Virus record (IMG/VR): IMGVR_UViG_3300020576_005251 | Location: 96,001-160,000 of that record | Length of the DNA stretch: 64,000 bases | Strand: one strand, 5' to 3' | DNA from: a virus | Lineage: Duplodnaviria > Caudoviricetes | In this document: piece after piece, positions 18,871 through 28,479 of the stretch | Layout of the letters: the number at the start of each line of letters is the position of its first letter | Position numbering within the stretch: position 1 is the stretch's first letter | Translations under genes and position numbers: made by a program | The notes under the pieces: generated by a model | Told to the model about the DNA's origin: nothing | Database searches by the model: none | The model's input: the letters and a program-made list of their open reading frames with translations, nothing else

Positions 18871-19668
18871 TCAGTCGATCTTGCGGACCTCGTTGGGATA
18901 GAAGAGCATGAGCTTCGGCCCCGCGAAGACCTGATCCTGGGGGCGTACGACGTACTGGTAGCCACCGAGGTTGTAGGTGATGGGTGCGTCGAGGGGCGTG
19001 CTAATCACGCCCACTGCGTGGGCGAGCGCGCCCTCGAAGAAGTTCCCGCGCTTGAGGTAGACGCGTGCGAACCGCCCACCCTCCGGCGTCAGCGCCCACT
19101 GGGCGGGCGACGTGTCGATGGCGCGCAGTTCATCCCGGAACGTCTCGATGACGTGGAAGGCGTGTACCCCAGATGGCGCCGCGCGTGCGGCGGGGCTCAT
19201 CCGCACTCCCTCGGCCGCGTTCAGCGAGCGGCGGTAGATCTGGTAGGCCGACGCGCCCCGCAGAGAGTCGTAGGGCGCGGCGAGGGTCTCAGCGAGGGAT
19301 TGCCACAGATCCTCCGCCCGATTGCGAATCTTGACCCACTCGGTCTCGGTGTACGAACCACGTCGGTCCGACTGCGCCAGACACCACGTCCAGAGCCCTC
19401 GAATGCGGTAGAACATGCCCTCCGCGTCGATGAGTTCCGCCTCGCCCTTGGGGACGAGCTTGGTGAGATCGACGCCTTTGAGGGTCTCGGCCACACCGAA
19501 GAGCGGGTGGCCGATCTGCTCTTCGAGTTCGAGCTGGACCTGCGCGTGCCCGGCGTATCCGTCGGCGATGAGCGTCTGGAGCCCGTCGAGGTCGGAGGCG
19601 TAGGGCTTGGGGTCGGGGGCGTATCGGGCGACGGTGAGGATGTAGCGGTCGATCCAGATCTTCTTCAT
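18871..19668 (-). CDS. hypothetical protein, paralog of 19665-20537
   Basis: Shared N-terminus and GNF/YxxGxLAH motif. Confidence 0.65.
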   Translation of the reverse strand: MKKIWIDRYILTVARYAPDPKPYASDLDGLQTLIADGYAGHAQVQLELEEQIGHPLFGVAETLKGVDLTKLVPKGEAELIDAEGMFYRIRGLWTWCLAQSDRRGSYTETEWVKIRNRAEDLWQSLAETLAAPYDSLRGASAYQIYRRSLNAAEGVRMSPAARAAPSGVHAFHVIETFRDELRAIDTSPAQWALTPEGGRFARVYLKRGNFFEGALAHAVGVISTPLDAPITYNLGGYQYVVRPQDQVFAGPKLMLFYPNEVRKID

Positions 19669-20537
19669 CGGAGGACTCCCAGTGAAATGTGACGAGAGAG
19701 CGTGTGCGGGAAGAACCACGCACAGCGGTTGCCGGTGTGGCCGGTGGTCACGGGGATCAGCTTGTCGCATGCGGCGCTGTAGTAGATGCCGTCGATCAGG
19801 TAGCTGATCGTTCCCGAACAGCTGGTCGTGTCGTAGTCGCACACGAGCAGGTGCGCGAGCGTGCCGTCCATGTAGTTCCCAGTGGACCAGTGAAGCTGCA
19901 TGTGTTCGGAGGTCTCGATCGGCGCCGCCGTCGGGAACTCCAGCAGATCATTGTAGAAGTCGTGAAGGATTGCGACGGTCGCCCGTTCGATGAGAGATGT
20001 GGGGTGCTCCTTCCAGCGCGCCTGAGCGAACTGGAGCAGATGATGTGTGTAGTCTCGGAGCTTGCGGAAGCCGATATAGCCCACCACGGAAGCGTCCGCG
20101 TGCGCGAAGTCCTCGATCTCGACGGCGAGGGTGCCTACTGCGAGCTTCACGGCACGCCAGACCGCGTCCGCGTCGTTCGGGCGCTGGACGCGTCCCCGCT
20201 CCTTGCTCTCGTTGATGTGAAGGCGCAGCAGCCACAGCGCCTTCATGCGCAGCGGGATGTCGGGCCCTTGGACGAACTTCGCGAAGTCTTCGTCGGGGAT
20301 CAGGGGGCGTGCGTACTCCCGCGCGCGAGGCACCCCGATCTCTTCGATGTTGAAGGGGGTGAGCGACTGCGCGGAGAGAGCGGTGAGCTTAGCGATGGTC
20401 TTGGGTTCGTCATTCTCGGACGACGTGTCGGTGACGAGGTCCTGAAAGGCGTTGTCCGAGTCGTCGTAGCAACGTGGGGCGTCAGCGTAGGTGTAGGTGG
20501 TGAGCTCGTAGTGCTCGACGTAGAGTCGTTTGGTCAT
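19665..20537 (-). CDS. hypothetical protein, paralog of 18871-19668
   Basis: MTKRLYVEHY...GNYMDGTLAH. Confidence 0.65.
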   Translation of the reverse strand: MTKRLYVEHYELTTYTYADAPRCYDDSDNAFQDLVTDTSSENDEPKTIAKLTALSAQSLTPFNIEEIGVPRAREYARPLIPDEDFAKFVQGPDIPLRMKALWLLRLHINESKERGRVQRPNDADAVWRAVKLAVGTLAVEIEDFAHADASVVGYIGFRKLRDYTHHLLQFAQARWKEHPTSLIERATVAILHDFYNDLLEFPTAAPIETSEHMQLHWSTGNYMDGTLAHLLVCDYDTTSCSGTISYLIDGIYYSAACDKLIPVTTGHTGNRCAWFFPHTLSRHISLGVLR

Positions 20538-20707
20538 TGGTTGCTCCAGTACGTGATGTGGCGGTGAGTAGTGAGAAACCGCCCCGACCCACGCGGCCAA
20601 GGCGGCGCGAAGAAGTCGCCGACGTGATCAGCCCAGGCGTCTCCGTACCCCTGCTCCTCGGCGGGGAGCTCCACCAGGAGGCTCAGGATCTTGGCGTAGG
20701 GGTTCAC
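20534..20707 (-). pseudogene. family B 5' fragment / chimeric 57-aa ORF
   Basis: First ~18 codons duplicate 20704-21117 (29-bp exact repeat), then unrelated sequence. Confidence 0.5.
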
Positions 20708-21117
20708 GTCGAGCTCCTTGTGTTGTCTTCTTCGTAGTCAGCAGAAAGCAGGCGCAAGCGCGCACAGACGCTGCGGTATCGCGCGCGGCAGGTCTCGGGG
20801 TCGTTCTTCACCACTTCGTAGTAGTCGTTGGCGATCTCCAGCTTTCTCACCACGTCGTAGAGGGCGTGGTCGTCCAGACCGAGAACCGCGTGACCCCACT
20901 GTGCGATCGGCGTCTCGGGGATGTCTGTCTCGTGTCGAAACGAAGCGCTCGCCTCCTGCTGCGGGTTCAGCGCGAAGCCGCCCTTCGGCAGCAGCGTCCC
21001 GAAGAGACAGCCGCACTCCCTCTCACCCACCTTCTGACGGCGAGACATCGAGACCAGGAGACGCTCCTCGTCGGGGAGCGCCTCCAAGAGGCTCAGGATC
21101 TTGGCGTAGGGGTTCAT
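20704..21117 (-). CDS. family B protein
   Basis: MNPY...ERLL...ECGCLFG...QWG...IAND...RY. Confidence 0.75.
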   Translation of the reverse strand: MNPYAKILSLLEALPDEERLLVSMSRRQKVGERECGCLFGTLLPKGGFALNPQQEASASFRHETDIPETPIAQWGHAVLGLDDHALYDVVRKLEIANDYYEVVKNDPETCRARYRSVCARLRLLSADYEEDNTRSST

Positions 21118-21635
21118 GCGCCCTCCGGGAAGAGCTCGGGGAAGTCGCGGCGGATCTTGCAGCGGCCCTTGAGGACGCTGGAGGTCTCCATCAACCGAAC
21201 GAAGTCGGGGGTCAGGATGTAGAAGCTCCAGCTGAAGTCGTGGCGGTAGACGCACAGGTACTGCCCCAGGGCGAGCTGGTCCGGGAACACCGCCTGCTCC
21301 TTGGGGCTGACACGCAGGAGCGTGAAGCACTTGTTGATGTAGCTGCGATCGAACACCTCGCGAGAGGAGTCGAGGCCCACCAGCGCGTGGGCGATGCCGA
21401 GGAGATCAGGCTCGTGCAGCTCATCGCCCACGCACTCGATGCGTACGGCGTATCCCTCGGCCTGAGGGTTCTTCTCCCAGTAGGCCCTGAAGTAGTCGTG
21501 GATGTACTCGCCGTGGTCTTCGGTGAAGGGCGTCGACGCCCTCGACTCTTTCAACGCTCGATCGAGCGCCATCAGGTCGTACTTGTCCAGGTCGACGCTC
21601 ACGGTCGCGAGCGGCTTCTTCTCATCTTCACTCAT
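21114..21635 (-). CDS. hypothetical protein
   Basis: Coupled ORF with RBS. Confidence 0.6.
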   Translation of the reverse strand: MSEDEKKPLATVSVDLDKYDLMALDRALKESRASTPFTEDHGEYIHDYFRAYWEKNPQAEGYAVRIECVGDELHEPDLLGIAHALVGLDSSREVFDRSYINKCFTLLRVSPKEQAVFPDQLALGQYLCVYRHDFSWSFYILTPDFVRLMETSSVLKGRCKIRRDFPELFPEGA

Positions 21636-21859
21636 ACGATCTCCATGTCCGCTGGGATCCCCGCCAGCGGTCGGCTTGCCGTGATGACATCCACGGTCTC
21701 TTGGTTGCCGTGGAGATCGGCCAGGACGATACCATCCAGGTCGATCTCCACGAAGATGCGGTGGTCGTAGTGATTGCCGTCACGGGTGACGGCGACGGTC
21801 TCGCCCTCTTCGAGGGAAGAGGCGATGAGTTCGGTGTCGCAGTGGGGTGGGTTCTTCAT
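21632..21859 (-). CDS. small acidic hypothetical protein
   Basis: ATGA overlaps at both ends. Confidence 0.5.
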   Translation of the reverse strand: MKNPPHCDTELIASSLEEGETVAVTRDGNHYDHRIFVEIDLDGIVLADLHGNQETVDVITASRPLAGIPADMEIV

Positions 21860-22404
21860 CGGCCAAGCAACGCGTTCAATGCGAACCTACCAGTGAGGCG
21901 CCGAACTTCATCCACAGTAACGCGAAGAATCGCAGCCTGCCCTGCGTCGCCCTCCATCCAGAAACGACGGTTGGGTCTGAACCCACCCGCGAATCGGCGC
22001 CGCCAGTAGTGATACCTCGGCGAACCCCCTGGAGGCGGCTTGTCATAGGGGTCGGGGGTGGGGCCGCGCGGGACGCGACCACGGATCTTGAAGATGGTGG
22101 GTTCGATCTCCCAGAGGCGTTCGAGAGGAAGGTCGTAGAGCAGAACCGCACCTGCTTGTGTGGTGTCAAGCGCGAGCGGGAGTTTCGGGTCGCTTCCCGT
22201 GAAGAACCCGATCAGGTGGCCGTACGGAAACCACTCGACGGCGGATGGTCCGTACCAGTAGCTCCGCAGCCACACATACGGAGGGGCCCCGTTGAGAAGC
22301 GCGCCCAGGTGCGTCTCCATACGCCGTACGAGCGCCTCGTGGTGCCTCGCCTTCTCGCGATCGACCTTATGCATCAGCCGATGCAGTTCACCGCGTGTCA
22401 TCAC
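21856..22404 (-). CDS. hypothetical protein
   Basis: Coupled ORF. Confidence 0.55.
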   Translation of the reverse strand: MMTRGELHRLMHKVDREKARHHEALVRRMETHLGALLNGAPPYVWLRSYWYGPSAVEWFPYGHLIGFFTGSDPKLPLALDTTQAGAVLLYDLPLERLWEIEPTIFKIRGRVPRGPTPDPYDKPPPGGSPRYHYWRRRFAGGFRPNRRFWMEGDAGQAAILRVTVDEVRRLTGRFALNALLGR

Positions 22405-22700
22405 GAGTCGTACTCCTCCCAGTTAGTGTTCTTGGGGTCGATCCCCAGCTCTTCGTGGATGAGCGCGCGCTCCGCTTCCATGCCGAGGTTCTTGGGGATC
22501 GCGTGGCCGTTGGCGAGGCGAAGGAGGAGCTCGGCCACGGCCAGCTGCGTACGTGTCTCCGGGAGTCCGTGCATCAGCAGAGACTGGACGGCCTCCACTC
22601 CGTACGCCTTACGCAGCGCGCCCAGGGAGAGCTTGTCGATCCTACTCCAGATGACCAGCTCGGAGAGCTGGCGAAGAATCTTGTCAGTATTCACGGCCAT
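22401..22700 (-). CDS. hypothetical protein
   Basis: Coupled ORF. Confidence 0.55.
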   Translation of the reverse strand: MAVNTDKILRQLSELVIWSRIDKLSLGALRKAYGVEAVQSLLMHGLPETRTQLAVAELLLRLANGHAIPKNLGMEAERALIHEELGIDPKNTNWEEYDS

Positions 22701-23293
22701 TGACGAAACCTCACCTTCGAAGGGTCCTTGAGCTTGCCTTCATCGTCGAAGTCGGTGTCCATGTCGATGTCCTGCTTCCACTCGGAGTGCGGGCACGTCT
22801 CATCCTCGCAGAGCCCGTTCTTGTCGAGGGGCGTAGCGCATCGCTTGCAGTTGCTCGGGTAGTTCGGCATCGCCAGCAGCGTCTCGGGGTCGCGGGAGAA
22901 GATGTCCGCGAGTCGCTCCTGGAGCGTGGCCTTGGCGGTAGAGACTTCCTGGCGCGCAGTGATCTCACTGAGCAGGACGACGTTGGCGAAGCGCGCGACG
23001 AGGTCGGACAGGCGTGGCAGGTCCTTGTCGTAGACGCTTTCCACATCTCGAAGCGACGCCGAGTTGCGATAGAACGCCTGCATGAGCGTCTCGCCGTTGA
23101 GCGTCGATGTCTGGCCCTTCTCGGGGAATCGGAAGTCGTACACGCCCCCGCTCTCGTCGTTGTCCTGCGTCCACACCAGGAAGTCGTCGCCGTCCTGAAT
23201 GAAGGCATCACGTACACACCCGAGCCTGCGTAGGTGGACCGCCATGGCTCGGATCAGCTCCCGGAGGCTCTCCGCTTCGTTCTCGTTGATCAT
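22691..23293 (-). CDS. hypothetical protein with C-terminal Zn finger
   Basis: CKRC...CEDETCPH. Confidence 0.6.
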   Translation of the reverse strand: MINENEAESLRELIRAMAVHLRRLGCVRDAFIQDGDDFLVWTQDNDESGGVYDFRFPEKGQTSTLNGETLMQAFYRNSASLRDVESVYDKDLPRLSDLVARFANVVLLSEITARQEVSTAKATLQERLADIFSRDPETLLAMPNYPSNCKRCATPLDKNGLCEDETCPHSEWKQDIDMDTDFDDEGKLKDPSKVRFRQWP

Positions 23294-23294
23294 G

Positions 23295-23486
23295 TCACTT
23301 CCCCTTCGTTGTCACTTCGTAGATCTCGACTTCGCTGTCATCCTCAGCCAGTCCGTTGTAGACCCAGCTCACATTGCCGATGTTCTCTCGCATCTTGGCG
23401 TCAGCCTCCTCGCGCGTTGGTGCTTCGATATCAAGGCGACCCTTCACGTGCGCCGTGGACGACAGTCGATAATGGAACTTCATCAC
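23295..23486 (-). CDS. small hypothetical protein
   Basis: IEAPTREEA motif, common in small phage proteins. Confidence 0.55.
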   Translation of the reverse strand: MMKFHYRLSSTAHVKGRLDIEAPTREEADAKMRENIGNVSWVYNGLAEDDSEVEIYEVTTKGK

Positions 23487-23977
23487 TCCACCTCCTCAGT
23501 CAGCAGCTTCCGGTCGATCGGCCGCGTCGCTTCCGCCATCAGGCGTTGCATCGGCTCAGGCAACGCTTCCTGGCACGCCGCATCGGGGAACTCCGCCGTC
23601 ACCTCACGCACCACCGCCGCGCGCAACTTCATCAGGGCGTTGTGGTTGAGGTTCGAGATCTGCCCCTGTCGCCGGTACTTCTTCTTGCACTCGGCGAGGC
23701 GTTCCTCGATGTCCGCGTCCGCGATCAGCTGCTCCTTGCGAAGGAGGAACTCCGCCGCGCGCGTCTCCCAACGCATCTGGGCGAACTCGCGGCGCGAGAG
23801 CGCATCCTCCGAACGCGTGATGCCCCGCGCCTTGTCGTGCTCGATCTGCTGTTGGATGGAGTTGCTCCGCACCTTGACGAAGGCCAGGGCGGCGTCGCAC
23901 TCGGCGATGGTTCGTGGGATGCGAACGTTCGCTGCGAGGCAGAAGAAGGGGGCAGGGATGGCAGGGTTCTCGCTCAT
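23483..23977 (-). CDS. hypothetical coiled-coil protein
   Basis: AGGAG RBS; promoter motif at 24019-24030. Confidence 0.6.
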   Translation of the reverse strand: MSENPAIPAPFFCLAANVRIPRTIAECDAALAFVKVRSNSIQQQIEHDKARGITRSEDALSRREFAQMRWETRAAEFLLRKEQLIADADIEERLAECKKKYRRQGQISNLNHNALMKLRAAVVREVTAEFPDAACQEALPEPMQRLMAEATRPIDRKLLTEEVE

Positions 23978-24042
23978 GGTGGTTCTCCTGAGAGCGCCGT
24001 TTCTTTGGCACTCAAAGTCTTATACCAGAGCGTGGGCCGGAT

Positions 24043-24684
24043 TCAGACTACGTAGCGAAGGTAGGCAGGATCGATGGCGCCTTCATCCGAGAGCGCCCAG
24101 GCGGCAGGAGAGCCGTGAAGCCCCGCAATCACCTGTGTGAGTTGCACGGTCACGCCGTTCAAACGCCCCAGCTTCCTCACGAGTCGCGTGCCGTGCGAGT
24201 AGTCGGCGTACTTCTTCGAGTGCACGGTACAGAGCGGCTGGACCGGCTTGACGGCGCCCTTGTACCACGCGCCGTAGATGATCACCTTGTCGCGCTTCTT
24301 TCGAAGTAGGCGCGACACCACGATGTCCTTCTTGTGGTCCACGAAGAGCCCCACACGCCCAGCGCGGTCCGCCTCGATCTTCTCGTTGGAGGTGCGCACG
24401 AGCCGATGGGCGGTGATGCTCTCGCCTGTGACGGGTCGCACGGAGCGGAAGGGGAGGTGGACGGCGTCAGGCGCCTCCCGGATACGCCGTACGATGGCGG
24501 GCGTCGGGAGCATGGCCTCGTACTCGTCGGCGTAGAGCTGCGCGACGGCCGGGGTGAGGGCCATTCGAACACCAGCGTCGTCTTGCAGGTAGTCGGTGGT
24601 AACTTCGATCTCCAAGCCCTCGGGGCAGGAGATCCAGATCCAGTTGGGGGTCATACCCAAAAGTAATGGGGAGGGTGCCGCCAC
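24043..24684 (-). CDS. conserved HKKD/YGxW/QP/DYSH family protein, possible cell-wall hydrolase
   Basis: HKKDIVV..IYGAW..PVQPL..H..YADYSHGTRLV motif set; function inferred. Confidence 0.55.
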   Translation of the reverse strand: MAAPSPLLLGMTPNWIWISCPEGLEIEVTTDYLQDDAGVRMALTPAVAQLYADEYEAMLPTPAIVRRIREAPDAVHLPFRSVRPVTGESITAHRLVRTSNEKIEADRAGRVGLFVDHKKDIVVSRLLRKKRDKVIIYGAWYKGAVKPVQPLCTVHSKKYADYSHGTRLVRKLGRLNGVTVQLTQVIAGLHGSPAAWALSDEGAIDPAYLRYVV

Positions 24685-24713
24685 CCGGGAGGGGGTGGCG
24701 GCGGTGGGGAGGG

Positions 24714-25553
24714 TCAGGGGGTGTGGGTGGGGAGGTCGGCGAGGCGCAGGGCGATGTCGAAGGTGGCGATTCTCAGGCGGTCCACCGCTTCGCGCAGGCC
24801 CGTGTAGTCGACCGACTTGGCGTACTCCTCACCGCTTCGATCCGCCCGCTCACGGCTCTTGGCGAGCAAGGCGTCGCGCTCGGTCTTCAGGTCGTTGCGC
24901 TCGGTCGCCAGCTTCGCGTACTCGGCCTTGAGGTCGTTGAGCGCCGTAACGCTCACTGTGTACGTGGAGGGGTCGGGCGCCTTCTCCTCGACCTCGCGTA
25001 CCGCGTACTGCATGCCGGGGATTCGGGTGATGGGCTTGAGGTTGGCGGGTTCACTCATGGTCTTCTGCTCCTGTAGTTCCCTGATCGCACAACGGAGATC
25101 GGTGTTGGCGTTCTGGAGGGTCTGGGCCATGTCATTCGCGACGTTGCGTTGCGTCTGGAGCTGCGCGTTCTCGCTCGCCTGCTTTCGCACACACGCGCGC
25201 AGTTCCATCCTCTCCCTGTCAGCCGTCGCGAGCTCCCCACGCAGGCGGAGCGTGCAAGCCTCATGAGCGTCGCGGTCCGCTTCGAGGGCGGTGAAGGTGC
25301 CCTGGAGAGTGGCGAGCTTGGCCTGCTCCTTGTTGAGCGCGTCACGAAGCTCTTGGATCGTGTCGTTCTGCTTCTCGAAGGCTTCCATCGTCGGATGGGA
25401 CTGCTCCAAGAGCTGCTTGCGAAGCTCTTGGTTCTCTGCGCGAAGCGTCACGATCGTCCGGTTCTCTTCGCGAAGAGAACCGTCCTTCACTTCAATCACC
25501 GTCGCCACGCGATCGAGGTACTTGTTGATCTCGCGGGCGACACTGTCGGTCAC
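24714..25553 (-). CDS. long coiled-coil protein
   Basis: Heptad-rich; start uncertain. Confidence 0.6.
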   Translation of the reverse strand: MTDSVAREINKYLDRVATVIEVKDGSLREENRTIVTLRAENQELRKQLLEQSHPTMEAFEKQNDTIQELRDALNKEQAKLATLQGTFTALEADRDAHEACTLRLRGELATADRERMELRACVRKQASENAQLQTQRNVANDMAQTLQNANTDLRCAIRELQEQKTMSEPANLKPITRIPGMQYAVREVEEKAPDPSTYTVSVTALNDLKAEYAKLATERNDLKTERDALLAKSRERADRSGEEYAKSVDYTGLREAVDRLRIATFDIALRLADLPTHTP

Positions 25554-25711
25554 CGGGCCGCGCCCCCGGCGTTCCGCGCAAGAAGGCCACCACATGCGCA
25601 GCATCTTCGTGCGAGGTGCCTACTTCACTCGTCGAGCACCACTCCATTGCGCGGTCGAGGCTCGACAGGTGTGGGTCGCGGATGTACCCCAGATTGGCTC
25701 TCGTCAGCATC

Positions 25712-26248
25712 TCATCGCCTCGTCGTCAGCTGCGTGGCCGAGTGGCTCCCGGGCGCGCGGGTCAGCTGCCCATCCACCATCACCATGCGCCGCGTGGTGG
25801 TGATGACCGGGTCCTCGATGTACACGGGTTCGACCGTCCCCGAGCCCTCGCCCAGGCACATCACGAAGGTGCCATCCGTGTCGGGCGGTGCGTAGAGTCC
25901 GTTGGGTTCGGCCTGGGGGATGGCGGTGCCGCCGTTGTTGTAGACCACCGTCTGCGGGTTGGTCAGCTGGGTGGTCGCCGGGATCGGGAAGCCCAGGCTC
26001 TCGCAGCTGAACAGCAGCCCGCCGTTGCGGTTGAACACGTAGGTGTACGTGAGCGTCTGCGAGTTGCGCGCGCGGAAGAGCTGCGTCATCAGGTGCCGTT
26101 CGAGGCTCCAGTCGAACGTGGGAGCGGGCTGGTTGCGCACCAGTCCTTCTTGTGAGCGATTCACCTGCTCGCGCTCCAGGCGGTTGGCAGTGTCCTGCTC
26201 GCAGCTGGCGAGGAGGAGGGGGAAGAGCAGAAGGTACAGATACTTCAT
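25712..26248 (-). CDS. phage lipoprotein
   Basis: Lipobox LLLASC; SLER..GFPIP.TQLTNP..QAEPNGLY..DGTFVMC. Confidence 0.75.
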   Translation of the reverse strand: MKYLYLLLFPLLLASCEQDTANRLEREQVNRSQEGLVRNQPAPTFDWSLERHLMTQLFRARNSQTLTYTYVFNRNGGLLFSCESLGFPIPATTQLTNPQTVVYNNGGTAIPQAEPNGLYAPPDTDGTFVMCLGEGSGTVEPVYIEDPVITTTRRMVMVDGQLTRAPGSHSATQLTTRR

Positions 26249-26562
26249 CGAACACCTCGGTTGAGCGCATCCTGGATGTCGGCCGGGACGCTGTTGGGGA
26301 TGAGATCGGCTTCGTGACGGAGCTGGCGGAAAAGCGCGCGGCGCTGAGCCTCGCTCAGCGCCTCATCGCAGTACTGCGTATAGATCTGGCGCATCGCGCC
26401 CTGGTGGCTCTGGATGTACTCCAGGGACTGGCGGTGATCCCGCACTTCCTGGGCGCGGATGTACGGCGCGATCACGCCGAAGGTGATGACGGTGCCGATG
26501 GCCAGCGCCGTGAGAGTGCCCCACCACTTGACGGTGATGGGGAGCAGGTTGTCGTGGATCAT
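26245..26562 (-). CDS. membrane protein, partner of the lipoprotein
   Basis: N-terminal TM; coupled to 25712-26248. Confidence 0.6.
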   Translation of the reverse strand: MIHDNLLPITVKWWGTLTALAIGTVITFGVIAPYIRAQEVRDHRQSLEYIQSHQGAMRQIYTQYCDEALSEAQRRALFRQLRHEADLIPNSVPADIQDALNRGVR

Positions 26563-27056
26563 GGGAGGTCGTAGAGCTTTCCGTTGAGAGTCATCTTCGC
26601 TTCGCCGCCCATAACCCCCGCCCTCGACAACATGCCGATGGCGATCAGGCGGTAGAGACGCAGGGGGAGGCCGAGCGGGGCGGTCGTCCTGAACCCCATG
26701 CCTGCCTGGGTGTTCGAGGGAAGGCCCTTCACTTCGATCGTGACACACCCCGTGTCGAACACGTTGAGGTGAACCGTCTGTGCGAGGTGCTTGGCGTGCT
26801 CTTCGATCTGACTCTCGTCAGCGTAGTTGAGCATCGGAAGCAGCGTGTCCGCGATACGGCGTACGGCTCGTTCTGCATGGTCGTGGCTCAGATCTGACAC
26901 AAGGTGCGTCACGCCTTCGACAACCGAATCCCAGGCTGCGATGTCCGGCGTCGCCACCTGCGCACGATCCACGTGGAACACCCAGCGGGACCTCCCATCA
27001 AGGTCTTCGTTGCGCAGCGTCACCCGATACACGTCTTCTGTGAATGAAAACTCCAT
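26559..27056 (-). CDS. hypothetical protein
   Basis: GAGG RBS; coupled. Confidence 0.55.
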   Translation of the reverse strand: MEFSFTEDVYRVTLRNEDLDGRSRWVFHVDRAQVATPDIAAWDSVVEGVTHLVSDLSHDHAERAVRRIADTLLPMLNYADESQIEEHAKHLAQTVHLNVFDTGCVTIEVKGLPSNTQAGMGFRTTAPLGLPLRLYRLIAIGMLSRAGVMGGEAKMTLNGKLYDLP

Positions 27057-27646
27057 TAGTTCCTCAATCCTGCCAAGAAGTTCTTGGCGTGCTTCTCGTC
27101 ATCAAACAGCGCCCAGTCGGTGGCGCGCAGCTCACTGCCTCGATCGCTGTTCTCGTCCCGTACCACCCACCAGCCGACCTCGCGGGAAGAGAACTTGTCG
27201 CCCGCCAGCTTGTACTTGGGGCCGGAGGTGTTCTTCGACGTACCCGTCATCTGTGTCTTGACCGTGCGCTTGCTCGGATCGAGACAGTACTCCAGATACG
27301 CCCTGGCGTAGCCCCAGGACTTCTCGACTCCCACGTACCAGAACATGCGCCCATCGGGGAGGGGCATCTGCATGATCTTGATGTCACCGAGCTCGGCGCG
27401 CATCCTTTGCAGGGTCTGGGGGAGCGCGCCGAACTCGTACTCGGCGGCTCCCATGTAGTGCATCGTGAAGTAGTGGTCGATCCCCTTTCTTGGGTTGTCG
27501 GTGTCTGGCCTTTCCTCCAGGATCTGCACCAGACATGGGCAGCGCAGCTCCTTGATCAGCCACGGGGCCAGGAGCTGCGCTTCGCGTTCGGGGGTCATCT
27601 TCGAGTCGTTCTTCGCGGCTTGTCGTGCTTCGTTCTTCTTTCCCAT
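27056..27646 (-). CDS. hypothetical protein
   Basis: YMGAAEYEFGALP motif; GAGGAG RBS. Confidence 0.6.
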   Translation of the reverse strand: MGKKNEARQAAKNDSKMTPEREAQLLAPWLIKELRCPCLVQILEERPDTDNPRKGIDHYFTMHYMGAAEYEFGALPQTLQRMRAELGDIKIMQMPLPDGRMFWYVGVEKSWGYARAYLEYCLDPSKRTVKTQMTGTSKNTSGPKYKLAGDKFSSREVGWWVVRDENSDRGSELRATDWALFDDEKHAKNFLAGLRN

Positions 27647-27647
27647 T

Positions 27648-28172
27648 CTACTCCTCAGTCGGTGGCGTTGACTCACAGAACACACAGCGGCGATAGGCCG
27701 CAGGTCCTCCCGGATAGCCGTGGCAGTTCGGATACGGGCAGTCGTCAGACTCACAGAGGACGGCATCGACCGGCGTGAGCTTCTCGAAAGGCAGATCCGA
27801 ATACTGGGGCTTCTTGAGGAGAAACCTGCGGTAGGTCTCGCGTGCGAGTTCGTCGGTGAGGGCGATCAGGGTAGCGAGCTTGAGTTGGTAGACCTCCTCG
27901 GACATGCCCGGCGTCGCTTGCGATGCGTGAGGGTCGAGGTGCCGTCGCCCGAGCTCGGTGATCTCGAAGCGGATCGTCCGAGCGCCCCTCCCTCCGTTGG
28001 GCACACGATCCAGCTCGCGGATATACCCCTGGACGCGGAGGCGTTGCGTGACGCCAGTCACATTGAGGTACTTGCCACCTAGCGCCGCGTTCAGTCTGGC
28101 GTGGGTCAGCGGACCCTTCCGAAAAGCCTTCAGCGCCTTCTCCAACACGTCAGGGTCACGTTCCGCAGTCAC
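27648..28172 (-). CDS. winged-helix DNA-binding protein with C-terminal Cys cluster
   Basis: GPLT...LRVQGYIRE...FEITELGR wHTH pattern. Confidence 0.6.
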   Translation of the reverse strand: MTAERDPDVLEKALKAFRKGPLTHARLNAALGGKYLNVTGVTQRLRVQGYIRELDRVPNGGRGARTIRFEITELGRRHLDPHASQATPGMSEEVYQLKLATLIALTDELARETYRRFLLKKPQYSDLPFEKLTPVDAVLCESDDCPYPNCHGYPGGPAAYRRCVFCESTPPTEE

Positions 28173-28372
28173 CTCCGCCCCGCCATCGCCTTGAGCTCCA
28201 CCTCCAGGCTCAGGAGTACGGCGTATCGAGCCACCTCCACCTGCTTCACCCCTTTCAGCCCCCTCCGGGTCTGCTGCACACGCCGTGCCACGTCCTCGGG
28301 AGTGGTGCCGTCGCGGTGCGCCTCGGGTGCCCACCGCCTGATCTTCGCCCAGAGCGCTTGCCTGTTCTCCAT
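28169..28372 (-). CDS. small hypothetical protein
   Basis: First gene after promoter motif 28416-28430. Confidence 0.55.
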   Translation of the reverse strand: MENRQALWAKIRRWAPEAHRDGTTPEDVARRVQQTRRGLKGVKQVEVARYAVLLSLEVELKAMAGRR

Positions 28373-28479
28373 ACTTTGCCCTTCCTGACCGAGCGGTCAG
28401 AGTTCCCTACTTTCCCTTCTACCAGCAAAGACGGGAATCTACGCAGGCGGGGAACGAGCCGCAGAGGGGGTCGGCAAAG

